Shown in pieces: positions 49,579-58,474 of a stretch of 58,474 nucleotides of DNA. The notes below the pieces were generated by a model. It searched no databases. It was not told the origin of the DNA and saw nothing but the letters and a program-made list of their open reading frames with translations. Made by a program: the position numbers and the translations under genes. How positions within the stretch are numbered: the stretch's first letter is position 1; every line of letters begins with the position of its first letter. Source of the stretch: Candidatus Sericytochromatia bacterium (GTDB taxonomy: Bacteria > Cyanobacteriota > Sericytochromatia > S15B-MN24 > JAQBPE01); NCBI GenBank assembly GCA_035285125.1, contig JAYKHR010000157.1:1-58474 (forward strand), read 5' to 3'.

Positions 49579-50357
49579 CAGTACATCAGCTCCGTGAGGA
49601 AGTAGTTCGCCACGATGATCGAGGTGCTGCCGATGACCACGGCCAGGTTGATGGCGCGGCTCACCCCCGCTGGGCCAGGCTGGCTGTGGTAGCCGTAGTA
49701 ACAGGAAAGCAGGCAGATCATCACGGCGAAGATCTCTGCGCGCACCAGCCCCTTCCAGAGGTCCGCCACGCTAAGAAACCGCGTGACATCCGCCAGGAAC
49801 ACGCCCGGGTTGATCCCCAATTGAAACACGGCCGCGACGTAGCCGCCCCCCACGCTCGCCAGGATGGCGAAGGCCAGCAGCGCCGGCGTCACGATGAGGT
49901 AGGCCAGCAGGCGCGGCACCATCAGGTACCAGTAGGGGTTCACGGCCATCACCTCCAGGGCGTCGATCTGCTCCTTGACGCGCATCGAGGCGATCGTGGC
50001 CGCAATCTCGGTGCCGGGCTTCGCCCCGAGCATGGCGCCCACGATCAGCGGCGCGAGGCCGATCACACAGGACAGGCCGACGTAGATGCCGATGAGGTCC
50101 TGCCCCCCGAACTGCTTGAAGATGGCGTGGCCGACAAGCGCCACGTTGGCCCCGATGAAAAACAGCACGCAGCTGAGGATGCCCACCGTGTTCAGGCCGA
50201 CCCGCACGGCCTGGTGCACCACCTCGGCGGCAGCCGGCCGGCGGGCGAAGAGCCAGTGAAAGATCTCGGCGGCGAAGAAGCCGAGCTGCCCCAACAGGGC
50301 CAGGAGGGCCAGGCCTGCCCGCCCGAGGCCGCCAAGGAACGCGGATGCGCCTCCCAT
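49578..50357 (-). CDS. mlaE: MlaE/YrbE permease (copy 2)
   Basis: ASMRVKEQIDALEVMAVNP..YLMVPR, GPAGVSRA; real start is ATG 50357. Confidence 0.9.
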   Translation of the reverse strand: MGGASAFLGGLGRAGLALLALLGQLGFFAAEIFHWLFARRPAAAEVVHQAVRVGLNTVGILSCVLFFIGANVALVGHAIFKQFGGQDLIGIYVGLSCVIGLAPLIVGAMLGAKPGTEIAATIASMRVKEQIDALEVMAVNPYWYLMVPRLLAYLIVTPALLAFAILASVGGGYVAAVFQLGINPGVFLADVTRFLSVADLWKGLVRAEIFAVMICLLSCYYGYHSQPGPAGVSRAINLAVVIGSTSIIVANYFLTELMY

Positions 50358-51118
50358 CAGCCCAGCACCCGCATCAGGACGGTCGTCAGCACGTAGTTCA
50401 GCACGGCAACGGCCACGATCGAGTACACCACGGTGTTGTTGGCTGCCTTGCCCACGCCCACGGCCCCACCCGTGACGTGGTACCCGTAGAAGCAGGCGAT
50501 GAAGCCCACCGCCACGCCGAAGACGGCGCTCTTCAGCATGCCGGTCCAGATGTCTGCAAGCGTCACGAAGGCCAGCAAGTTGGCGATGAAAACCCCCATG
50601 TTCTGGCCCTTGATCACCACCGCCACGACGTAGCCTCCGAGCATCCCCGAGACGGTGGCGATGACGCAGATCAGCGGACAGATGAAGGCGAGCGCCACGA
50701 GCCGGGGAATCACCAGGAACTTCACCGGGTTCACGGCCATGACGCCCAGGGCGTCGACCTCTTCCTTCACGCGCATGGTGCCGATCTCGCCTGCGATGGC
50801 CGAGCCCGCCTGGGCCGCGATCATGATGCCCGCGAGAGACGGGGCCATCTCCTTCACGATGCCCTGGGCCAAGAGGCTCGAGAGCATCCGCTCCGTCCCG
50901 AAGAGGGTCATGATCTTGAGCCCCATCAGGGCCGAGATCATCCCGGTCGGGAAGAGGATCGCGACCACCGGCACGATGCACTGAAAGGCCACCCGCCTGG
51001 CGTTGGCGACGATCTCGGCCACGTAGAGGGGCGGCCGGCGGAAGCCGTCGGCGATGTCGCCGACGAACCGCCCCATGCGGCCGAGCAGTTCGAGAGAGCT
51101 GGTGATCGCGTGCGCCAA
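50357..51118 (-). CDS. mlaE: MlaE/YrbE permease (copy 1)
   Basis: GSAIAGEIGTMRVKEEVDAL, GGAVGVGKAANNTVV. Confidence 0.92.
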   Translation of the reverse strand: MAHAITSSLELLGRMGRFVGDIADGFRRPPLYVAEIVANARRVAFQCIVPVVAILFPTGMISALMGLKIMTLFGTERMLSSLLAQGIVKEMAPSLAGIMIAAQAGSAIAGEIGTMRVKEEVDALGVMAVNPVKFLVIPRLVALAFICPLICVIATVSGMLGGYVVAVVIKGQNMGVFIANLLAFVTLADIWTGMLKSAVFGVAVGFIACFYGYHVTGGAVGVGKAANNTVVYSIVAVAVLNYVLTTVLMRVLG

Positions 51119-51175
51119 AGGTGCCCCTGGGGTGGGTCGGGTCGAGGTGATCCATGATGCACCTGACGACCCGGT

Positions 51176-53038
51176 TTAGGAAATGGGGGGCGGCTCCGAT
51201 CGCTCGACCCGCCACAGCGGCACCGGCTGCGCCCGCCCCTTGACGGGGATCTCGCCCACGAAGGTGCACGCGAACGCGTCGCCCACCAGCTCGCGGGTGC
51301 GGCCGCTGACGAGAAGGGCGCCGTGCTCCTTCGTGAGGCCCTCGATCCGGCTTGCGACGTTGACGGCGTCGCCGATCACGCCGAATTCCATTTTTTCGGG
51401 CGAGCCGATGTTGCCGACCACGGCCTCCCCGGTGTTGAGGCCGATGCCGATCGCGATGGGGGGAAACCCGCGCGCACGCCACGCCTCCTGGCACGCGTCC
51501 AGGCGCTCCAGCATCCCGAGTGCGGCGCGCACCCCGTGCGTGGCGGCCTCCTCCGGCGACATCGGGAGCACATTGCCCCAGACGGCCAGGATGGCATCTC
51601 CGATGTACTTGTCGATGCAGCCCCGCTCCGCGCGAATGACGGTGGCCATCTCCGTGAGGTAGGCGTTCAGGAAGGTCACGACCTGCTCCGGCGTGTGCTG
51701 TTCGGAAATCGTGGTGAAGGAGCGGATGTCGGAGAACAGCACCGTGACCTCGCGCTGCTCCCCGCCCATGCGCGGCGCCAGCCAGGGCTCGGCCAGCAGC
51801 CTGTCCACGATCTCGCGATCGACGTACCGTTCGAAGGTGCGCCGCGTCAGGCGCCGGTGGGTCTCGGCCCGCGCGTACTGGACGCCCACGGAGGCGACGT
51901 ACACGGTGGCCAGCACCCCCAGCGGGGCCACCACGTCTCCCCACACGCGCGCCCCCACGAAGGCCGCCAGGGCCATGCCGCCCAAGGTCACGGCCAGGCC
52001 CGCGGCGGCCAGGGCGCCCCGGGCCGGGGATAGCCGCACCAGCCAGGCGCCGGCGATGAGGCCCAGCGCGCAGAGGCCCAGTGCCTCCACCGGGCCGGGG
52101 ATGCGCCGGACGACGCGTCCGGCCACGAGCCCCGCCACGGCGTGGGCGTGGATCTCCACGCCCGGCATGTAGGTCGCCGCGCCCAGGCCGGACAGCGTGG
52201 CCGTGTAGGGCGTGGGGTACTGGTCCTGCAGCCGGAGCGCGGAGGCGCCGACGAGCACGGCCCGCCCCCGCACCCCCGCGAGGATGCGGGCATCCCCGCG
52301 TCGCGCCGCCTCGAGCACGGAGACGAGGGAGAGCGTGCGAACGGCCCCCGGAGGCCCGGCGAAGTCGATCAGCGCAGCCTCCCCGAGCGGCATCGCGGGG
52401 AGCAGGGCGCCCGGGTGCCGCCGGGCCACGGCCCAGGCGAAGCCCTCATGCCACAAGAGCCGGGTGGGCTCCTCAGGATCGACGCCAAGCTCGGCGCGCG
52501 GGAAGCGGTGGATGGCTCCGTCGGCGTCGAAGGGCAAATCGACGATGCCGAAGGCGGCCGCGCGACGCAGGACGTCAAGCGGCAGCACCAGCTGTCGCCT
52601 GTCCTCGCCGAGGCTGCGGCCGGGCTGAAAGTTGGCTGCGAGCACCACGCGATCCGGGTGTGCCGCGAGCGCCCGGGCGAAGGCCCGGTCCGCAGCGGGG
52701 TCGGTGCCGGGCTGGACGAAGGCGACGTCGAGCCCCACGACGGTTGCCCCTGCGCGCAGCAAGGCGTCCACCAGCTCTGCCCAGACGGTCCGGGGCACCG
52801 GCCAGGCCCCCAAATCCGCCAGGCTCGCCTCGTCGACGGCCACCACGGCCACGGACGGGGGTTGGGCCAGGGGGCCGCGAAGCTCGAAGAGCAGGTGGTA
52901 GGCGGCCCACTGCCCCCGCGCCAGGACCCCACTGGCGACGAGGGCCAGCCAGGCCAAGGCGATCAGCAGCCCGGCCAGGGCCCCGAGGCGCCTGGACGGG
53001 CGGGCCAGGCCGCCTGCGTCCCTGCCCGAGCCAGTCAC
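51176..53038 (-). CDS. CHASE2-domain class III adenylate/guanylate cyclase
   Basis: VVAVDEASL..WPVPR, PGVEIHAH, three TM, VLFSDIRSFT, DKYIGDAI, IGDAVNVASRIE. Confidence 0.93.
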   Translation of the reverse strand: MTGSGRDAGGLARPSRRLGALAGLLIALAWLALVASGVLARGQWAAYHLLFELRGPLAQPPSVAVVAVDEASLADLGAWPVPRTVWAELVDALLRAGATVVGLDVAFVQPGTDPAADRAFARALAAHPDRVVLAANFQPGRSLGEDRRQLVLPLDVLRRAAAFGIVDLPFDADGAIHRFPRAELGVDPEEPTRLLWHEGFAWAVARRHPGALLPAMPLGEAALIDFAGPPGAVRTLSLVSVLEAARRGDARILAGVRGRAVLVGASALRLQDQYPTPYTATLSGLGAATYMPGVEIHAHAVAGLVAGRVVRRIPGPVEALGLCALGLIAGAWLVRLSPARGALAAAGLAVTLGGMALAAFVGARVWGDVVAPLGVLATVYVASVGVQYARAETHRRLTRRTFERYVDREIVDRLLAEPWLAPRMGGEQREVTVLFSDIRSFTTISEQHTPEQVVTFLNAYLTEMATVIRAERGCIDKYIGDAILAVWGNVLPMSPEEAATHGVRAALGMLERLDACQEAWRARGFPPIAIGIGLNTGEAVVGNIGSPEKMEFGVIGDAVNVASRIEGLTKEHGALLVSGRTRELVGDAFACTFVGEIPVKGRAQPVPLWRVERSEPPPIS

Positions 53039-54465
53039 TCCCGCAGGGCGGCGTCCGCTCGCTGGGCCGCGGCTGCAATCTGCCGCTGCAGCACGCTGTG
53101 GCGGAAGCTGTAGTTGAAGTACACCAGCACGCCTACCACCGACCAGGCCAGGAACAGCAGCCAAGTGGTCTTAGACAGGCTGACCATCATCCAGCCGCAG
53201 GACACGACGGTGAAGCCGGCCACCAGGGGCAGCCACGGTGCTCTGAAGCCACGCGGCAGCTCAGGGTGCCGCAGGCGCAGCAGCAGCACGCCGATCGCCA
53301 CCACGATGAACGCCGACAGCGTGCCGATGTTCGTCATCTCCGCGATCTCGTCGAGCCGAAGCAGGCCGGTGATGACCGCCACGGCCACGCCGTTGATAAC
53401 GGTGGCCCGCCAGGGGGTGCCGAAGCGCGCGTGGATGTCCGCGAACATCGGGGGCAACAGGCCGTCGCGGCTCATGGCGAACCAGATGCGCGGCATGCCC
53501 ATCATCAGCACCATCAGCACGCTCGTGAGGCCGAAGACCGCGCCGAAGGAGATGAGCGCCGCCCACTTCTCCTGGCCGATCAGCGTGAGCGCCTTGGCAA
53601 GCGGGGCCGGGTCGTTGAGGGCCGTGAAGGGCACCATCCCAGTCATGACGGCCGCCACGGCGATGTAGAACACCGTGCAGATCAGCAGCGAGCCGATGAT
53701 GCCGATAGGCAGGTCGCGCTGGGGGTTCTTCGCCTCCTCGGCGGTGGTGGCCACGGCGTCGAAACCGATGTAGGCGAAGAAGATGAGCGCGCCGCCCGTG
53801 ATGACGCCCTGCCAGCCGAAGGGCAGGAAGGGGTCCCAGTTTTCGGGCTTGACGGCCGGCAGGGCGACAAACAGGAAGAGCAGCAGCACGCTGACCTTCA
53901 ACGCCACGAAGACGGCGTTGGCCCTCGCGCTTTCCCGGACGCCGAACACCAGCAGGCCCGTGACCACGAGGGCGATGAGCGCGGCGGGCAGGTTCATCAA
54001 GCCCGCCGCCCCCACCTCCAGCGGAGAGTGGGTGATTCTGGCTGGCAGTTCCAAGCCCACCATGTGCAGGATCTTCGCGAAGTAGCCCGACCACCCCGAG
54101 GCGACGGCGGCAGAGGCCACCGTGTACTCCAGCACCAGGAACCAGCCGATCATCCAGGCCGGAAACTCTCCCATCGTGGCGTAAGTGTAGGCATACGCGC
54201 TGCCGGCCGCCGGAATCATCGACGCCAGCTCGGCGTAGCAAAGCGCGGCGCACAGGCAGGCCACGCCGACGAGAATGAACGACAGCATGATGCCAGGGCC
54301 CGCAGCCTGCGCCCCCTTGCCCGCAATCACGAAGATGCCGGCGCCGATGATGGCCCCGACTCCCAGCAGCGTCAGGTCCAAGGGGCCGAGGGTGCGGCGC
54401 AGGCCAGCATCTCCCGGCTTGGCTGCGGAGTCTAGCGCCTTGCGCTGGAAAATCCGGTCTTTCAC
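53035..54465 (-). CDS. APC amino-acid permease (cationic amino acid/YfnA-like)
   Basis: GVGAIIGAGIFV, CYAELASMIPAAGSAY, FFAYIGFDAV, AEEAKNPQRD, NIGTLSAF. Confidence 0.95.
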   Translation of the reverse strand: MKDRIFQRKALDSAAKPGDAGLRRTLGPLDLTLLGVGAIIGAGIFVIAGKGAQAAGPGIMLSFILVGVACLCAALCYAELASMIPAAGSAYAYTYATMGEFPAWMIGWFLVLEYTVASAAVASGWSGYFAKILHMVGLELPARITHSPLEVGAAGLMNLPAALIALVVTGLLVFGVRESARANAVFVALKVSVLLLFLFVALPAVKPENWDPFLPFGWQGVITGGALIFFAYIGFDAVATTAEEAKNPQRDLPIGIIGSLLICTVFYIAVAAVMTGMVPFTALNDPAPLAKALTLIGQEKWAALISFGAVFGLTSVLMVLMMGMPRIWFAMSRDGLLPPMFADIHARFGTPWRATVINGVAVAVITGLLRLDEIAEMTNIGTLSAFIVVAIGVLLLRLRHPELPRGFRAPWLPLVAGFTVVSCGWMMVSLSKTTWLLFLAWSVVGVLVYFNYSFRHSVLQRQIAAAAQRADAALRE

Positions 54466-54661
54466 GAGGTCGTCCTTCCCAAGATGGTGTCGCGACGGGC
54501 GGGCTCTGTTACTCAGGAACGAGCCGCCGTTCACACGGCGACGGTCATTGTAGCCTGCCCACCGGGCAAGGGCCACCCTGGCGCCACCGAGGGGTGGCGC
54601 AGCCGGGTGCCAGGGTGGTATGAACAACCCAGGCGCAGCCCCCCGACGCACGAGCGACCCG

Positions 54662-55027
54662 ATGAGCGACCACGAGGAACTTCCCGACCCCACGCCAGCC
54701 ACCGAGCCCGCGGCCTCCACGGAGGACGGCGCGGCCGAGGCGGCTGAAGCGGCAGAGGCCGCCACCGCTGGGGAGGCCGTCACGAGCGGTCCCGCGCGGG
54801 CCGCGATCCGGGGCATCCACCCCGAGTTGCTTTGCCAATGCCAGGAGTGCGAGCCCGACCACGTGGAGTTGCAATGGTTCAGCCCGGATGAGCCGCGCAA
54901 GACCAAGGGCGACGCCATGCTCTTTTGCGGCCGCAGCAGCCGAAAGTACTTCGTGCCCATCGTCGACCTGCAGGCGTGGTTGACCAAGGTCGGCGGCCCC
55001 CGGCGCGGCCGCCGCTCGGAAGGGTGA
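54662..55027 (+). CDS. Hypothetical protein with acidic N-terminus and Cys-rich domain
   Basis: LLCQCQECEPDH...MLFCGRSSRKYF; stop overlaps the GNAT start (GTGA). Confidence 0.65.
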   Translation: MSDHEELPDPTPATEPAASTEDGAAEAAEAAEAATAGEAVTSGPARAAIRGIHPELLCQCQECEPDHVELQWFSPDEPRKTKGDAMLFCGRSSRKYFVPIVDLQAWLTKVGGPRRGRRSEG

Positions 55028-55482
55028 CTCCCTCCCCCCGGCCGGTCACGACGGTCCGGGTCGTCGAGGACGAGGCCGACTGGGCAGCCGCCAGGGCCAT
55101 CCGCTTTGCCGTGTTCGTCGACGAGCAGGGTTTCCCAGCAGCAAACGAGCTGGACGCCTACGACGCTGTCGCCCGACACTGGCTGCTCGTCTCCGACGAC
55201 GGGGCCCCCCTCGCGACTGCCCGCGCCGTGGCCCTGCCCAGCGGGGCCTGGAAGATCGGCCGCGTGGCCGTCGCCCGGGAGGCTCGGGGACTGGGGCTCG
55301 GGGCCGCGCTGATGCGGGCGCTCCTGTCGGCAGCTCGCGACGCGGGCGTCTCGGAGACGTTGCTCGACAGCCAGGTGCAGGCGACGGGGTTTTACGCCAG
55401 CCTCGGCTACGTGGCGGAGGGTCCCGAGTTCCTCGAGGCCGGCTGCCCCCACCGCCGCATGCGACGGCTGGAGCCGGCCTGA
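55024..55482 (+). CDS. GNAT N-acetyltransferase (ElaA/YjcF-like)
   Basis: IRFAVFVDEQG, KIGRVAV..RGLGLG, SQVQATGFYASLGY, FLEAGCPH. Confidence 0.92.
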   Translation: MTPSPRPVTTVRVVEDEADWAAARAIRFAVFVDEQGFPAANELDAYDAVARHWLLVSDDGAPLATARAVALPSGAWKIGRVAVAREARGLGLGAALMRALLSAARDAGVSETLLDSQVQATGFYASLGYVAEGPEFLEAGCPHRRMRRLEPA

Positions 55483-55485
55483 CGC

Positions 55486-57747
55486 TCAGCCTTCGATGAG
55501 GACCTTCAGCGGCGGGCCGTCCTTCGCGAGCACCCGCGCCGTCGTAACGCCGTGCGTCTGCACCAGCTGGAGGTCGACGCGACTCTCCCCCACGCGCAGC
55601 CCCCGGAGGTTGACGTTCTCCAACCACGGCGGCAGCACCGGCCGCCGGATGAGCAGCTGCCGCCGGGGGGCATCCGGCGTCAGGCCGAGCACGGCCTGCA
55701 GCAGCAACAGGCTTGCCCCCGCCGCCCATGCCTGAGGCGAGCAGGCCACCGGGTAGGGCACGGGCCGATCCATCTCGCCCCCCCGAGGAAAGCCGCAGAA
55801 CAGCTCCGGCAGTCGAAAGTAGGGAAACTGCAGCGCGGCGTCGTACATCGCGGCCATCACCCGCAGCGCCTCGTCCTTGAAGCCCGCGTCGGCCAGCCCC
55901 TTGGCGATGAGGCTGTTGTCGTGGGGCCAGACCGAGCCGTTGTGGTAGCTGAGGGGGTTGTAAGGCGGCATCGCGCTGCTCATGGTCCGGATGCCCCAGC
56001 CGCTGAACATCTCGGCCCCGAGCAGCTGCCGCGCGACGGTCGGCAGCCGCGCCTCGTCGATGATGCCGCTCCAGATCCCATGGCCGATGTTGGAGGCCAG
56101 CGTGCGCACCGGGCGCTTGGCGCCATCGAGCGCGATCACGAAGAACCCGTCCGGCTCGGACCAGAAGGCCCGGTTGAAGGCCTGCTTGAGGTCCTCGGCC
56201 TCGCGCACGAGCCGCTCGCCCATGACGCGCAGCTCGAGGGCCTCGCACAGCTCGGCAATGCGCCGCTTGGCGTCATAGACGTAGCCCTGCACCTCGGCGA
56301 CGGCAATGGGGGTGGACGCGATGCGGCTGTCGGGCCCGATGTTGCTGTTGGCCGAGTCCTTCCAGTTCTGGTTGTACAACCCCAGCGGCGAGCGCGTGGC
56401 GTACTCCAGGAACCCGTCGCCGTCGAGGTCCCCATAGGCATCAATCCACATCAGGGCCTGCTCGACGGCCTCCCACATCTCCCGGACAAAGGCGAGGTCG
56501 CCGGTCCAGCGGTAGGTCTCCGAGACGAGCACCAGGAAGAGCGGCGTCGCGTCGATGGAGCCGAAGTACGGCGCGTGGGGGACCTGTCCGAGCCGGGTGA
56601 GCTCTCCGTAGCGGAGCTCGTGCATGATCTTGCCGGGCTCCTCATCGCGGAAGTCGACAACGTCCCGGCCCTGGTGCCGCGCCAGGTACCGCAGGGTGCC
56701 CTTGGCGAGTTCTGGCCCCAGCATGAGGCTCTGGTAGGCCGCGATCAGCGCGTCCCGCCCGAAGGGGCAGGCGAACCAGGGGATGCCCGCCGCGATGTAC
56801 GGGCCCGTGTCCGGCTGCCGCGACGTGAGGGTCTCCAGGTCCAGCACGCTGCGTTGCAGCACAAGGTCGTAGATCTCGTTGTCGCTGCCCAGGGTCGTGA
56901 GCCCGACTTTGCGTTGCTGCTGCTCCCGCTGGAGCCAGCCGAGGAGCTCCGCGAAGGTGCGGGTGCCAGGCGCCTTTTCGAGCCCCCCCTCAACGGGCTC
57001 TAGCGTGGTCTCCAAGGAAGCCCGCCCACCTCCAGGCGGCAAGGAGACCTCTACCGTGGCGCGGAAGCCGCTTCCACCGGGCTGCGTCGTCGGCTCCAGC
57101 ACGACGGGCCCCGGCCCGAGGCGGATGCGCATCTTCCGTAACACCCCGTCAGCCCCTTCATAGGCCAGCAGGCCCTCGGCGCCCGCCAGCCTGGGCTTGA
57201 AGAAGCGGCCTCGCTCGCCGCGAAAGGCCCCCCGCACCTCGAACATGTCGGCGAAGTCGGCCTGAAAGGTGATCGAGAGCCGCAGCGAGACGGCCTCGGC
57301 GCCATAGTTCACAAGCTCGAGCCGCTCGTGCACGTAGGCCCCGATCAGCCGGGTCGCGGCCATGTAGAGCGTCTCTTGAGGGACATGGCGCCCGTCGGCC
57401 AGCACCATGGGGGCGTTCATGTACTCGATGCGGGCCTGGAAGTTCCGCTCCGCCGAGCACGACAGCAAGGTGGGGCGCAACCCCTCGATGCGCAGCTCCC
57501 AGCCTGAGAGGTAGCGCGTGTCCTGGTGGTACAGGCCCGTCCCGCAGGCGCAGCTTCCGTAGACGACGCCGTCCTCGTCAGCCACGAGGAACAGCCCATC
57601 CTGCGAGATCACCTGCCGCCCATGGCGGCAGGCCTCCAGCACAGCAGGCACCCCCTGCCGGAGGATCTGGTTCAGCTCATCGTCGGGCAACAGGTGGTCC
57701 TGCACAGGGCCCGTGCCGTCCTGCCGCCCCCGTCGCTCCTCGGCCAT
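55486..57747 (-). CDS. Amylo-alpha-1,6-glucosidase / glycogen debranching family protein
   Basis: GLYHQDTRYLS, ADFADMFEVRG, AGIPWF..FGRD, EEPGKIMHELR, YHNGSVWPHDN, ACSPQAWA. Confidence 0.92.
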   Translation of the reverse strand: MAEERRGRQDGTGPVQDHLLPDDELNQILRQGVPAVLEACRHGRQVISQDGLFLVADEDGVVYGSCACGTGLYHQDTRYLSGWELRIEGLRPTLLSCSAERNFQARIEYMNAPMVLADGRHVPQETLYMAATRLIGAYVHERLELVNYGAEAVSLRLSITFQADFADMFEVRGAFRGERGRFFKPRLAGAEGLLAYEGADGVLRKMRIRLGPGPVVLEPTTQPGGSGFRATVEVSLPPGGGRASLETTLEPVEGGLEKAPGTRTFAELLGWLQREQQQRKVGLTTLGSDNEIYDLVLQRSVLDLETLTSRQPDTGPYIAAGIPWFACPFGRDALIAAYQSLMLGPELAKGTLRYLARHQGRDVVDFRDEEPGKIMHELRYGELTRLGQVPHAPYFGSIDATPLFLVLVSETYRWTGDLAFVREMWEAVEQALMWIDAYGDLDGDGFLEYATRSPLGLYNQNWKDSANSNIGPDSRIASTPIAVAEVQGYVYDAKRRIAELCEALELRVMGERLVREAEDLKQAFNRAFWSEPDGFFVIALDGAKRPVRTLASNIGHGIWSGIIDEARLPTVARQLLGAEMFSGWGIRTMSSAMPPYNPLSYHNGSVWPHDNSLIAKGLADAGFKDEALRVMAAMYDAALQFPYFRLPELFCGFPRGGEMDRPVPYPVACSPQAWAAGASLLLLQAVLGLTPDAPRRQLLIRRPVLPPWLENVNLRGLRVGESRVDLQLVQTHGVTTARVLAKDGPPLKVLIEG

Positions 57748-57922
57748 GCCACTGCCCCCCGCCACCCACCGTGGCCTGAGCGTAGGGCCTGACGGGGGGA
57801 CACGGCAACGGGCGACCAACCCCGGGCCCCGCAGGCTTAACGGGAAATTTCCACCAACTTAACCGGGCCTCACCCCCACCCGAGCGATATCTCCCTTGGC
57901 TTTGCTGCGACAGGTCTGCCCC

Positions 57923-58474
57923 ATGCCCGAACCCACCGTGCCACCAACCCGCCCCCACCCCCTCGGCGACTACCGCCGGGTGAGGGCCGCCGTGTCGCCT
58001 CGCCCCCTGAGACCGACGCCCGCGTCGACGATGCGCCCCGACGCCTGGCAGCCCGGGCCGGTGCCCGGCGCGCCTGGGCTTCCGCAGCCACCGGCAGCCT
58101 GGCCTCCTCGGGTCGCCGCCCCACAGCCTCCCCAGCCACCGGCGACGTGGGCGCAGCCACCATTCGCCGGGCCTGGCCCGTGGCCGCCGCCCCTCCCGTC
58201 CCCGGGGCAGGGGCCTCAACCCGCGCCGGCCCAAGCCCCGTGGCCCGTTCCCCAACCCGCCCCCGCCCAGTGGGGCGCGCCAGCCCCCACGCCCAGGCCC
58301 ACCCCGAGCGCCCCCCCGCAGTCCCCATCTTGGCCTGCGCCCCAGCCCTGGCCCGCAACCCAGCCCGCGCCCGGCCCCCAGCCACCAGGGCTGTGGAGCC
58401 GCCTCGTATCGTGGCTGCGCGGGGTCTTCCGGGGGGCGCCCACCCCCCCCCCCCGGGCCCCCCCCCCCCCCCCC
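57923..58474 (+). CDS. Partial ORF with Pro/Gln/Trp-rich low-complexity N-terminus, runs off the window
   Basis: MPEPTVPPTRP...WPAPQPWPATQPAPGPQPPGLWSRLVSWLRGVF; no stop before the window end. Confidence 0.5.
   Translation, partial: MPEPTVPPTRPHPLGDYRRVRAAVSPRPLRPTPASTMRPDAWQPGPVPGAPGLPQPPAAWPPRVAAPQPPQPPATWAQPPFAGPGPWPPPLPSPGQGPQPAPAQAPWPVPQPAPAQWGAPAPTPRPTPSAPPQSPSWPAPQPWPATQPAPGPQPPGLWSRLVSWLRGVFRGAPTPPPRAPPPPP

Noticed and set aside
49578..51944. 788-aa ORF as a large MlaE fusion
   Set aside because: Only the part from ATG 50357 looks like MlaE. The rest is an off-frame reading of the other mlaE and the cyclase.
58430..58474. Poly-C tract as a phase-variation site
   Set aside because: It lies at the extreme window end within Pro-coding low-complexity sequence, so it is probably a contig-end artefact.

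Overview
A GC-rich (roughly 70%), gene-dense bacterial chromosome segment with about 50 protein-coding genes. I saw no rRNA, tRNA, CRISPR array, integrase or transposase. Cyanobacteria-like CcsA/Ccs1, ABC1 kinase and LptF/G proteins with no photosynthesis genes in the window suggest a non-photosynthetic relative of Cyanobacteria such as Ca. Sericytochromatia; this is inference only. Left part: an NHL-repeat lipoprotein, an orphan 2-oxoacid dehydrogenase E1 alpha, a rubredoxin-like protein, recA with two GAAC-N4-GTTC-type SOS boxes, a Ser/Thr kinase-STAND-TPR-GAF protein followed by a thioredoxin-reductase homologue lacking its CxxC, a NUDIX hydrolase and an ALDH. Next is a 12 kb minus-strand respiratory cluster: ccsB-ccsA, coxC-coxA-coxB (A2-family caa3 oxidase), a small membrane ORF, a ctaA-ctaB fusion, ctaG, and a cytochrome bd-superfamily CydA-like/cytochrome c fusion with a CydA-like partner. 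Middle part: ABC1 kinase, proA, an M20 hydrolase, a peptidoglycan-binding/beta-barrel protein, lptF/G, lnt-lptC-lptA, a 39-aa MinE-like peptide, dprE1-dprE2-ubiA-like genes, and two RCK/TrkA genes with a KUP-motif APC transporter. Right part: two CNT nucleoside transporters, dedA, an Mla/Mce operon, a CHASE2 cyclase, an amino-acid permease, a GNAT and a glycogen debranching-type enzyme. The strongest lead is a bd-superfamily, heme-c-fed oxidoreductase pair that appears to be co-transcribed with a heme-copper oxidase and its assembly genes. All calls come from reading motifs by eye. Start codons were often moved from the ORF track.
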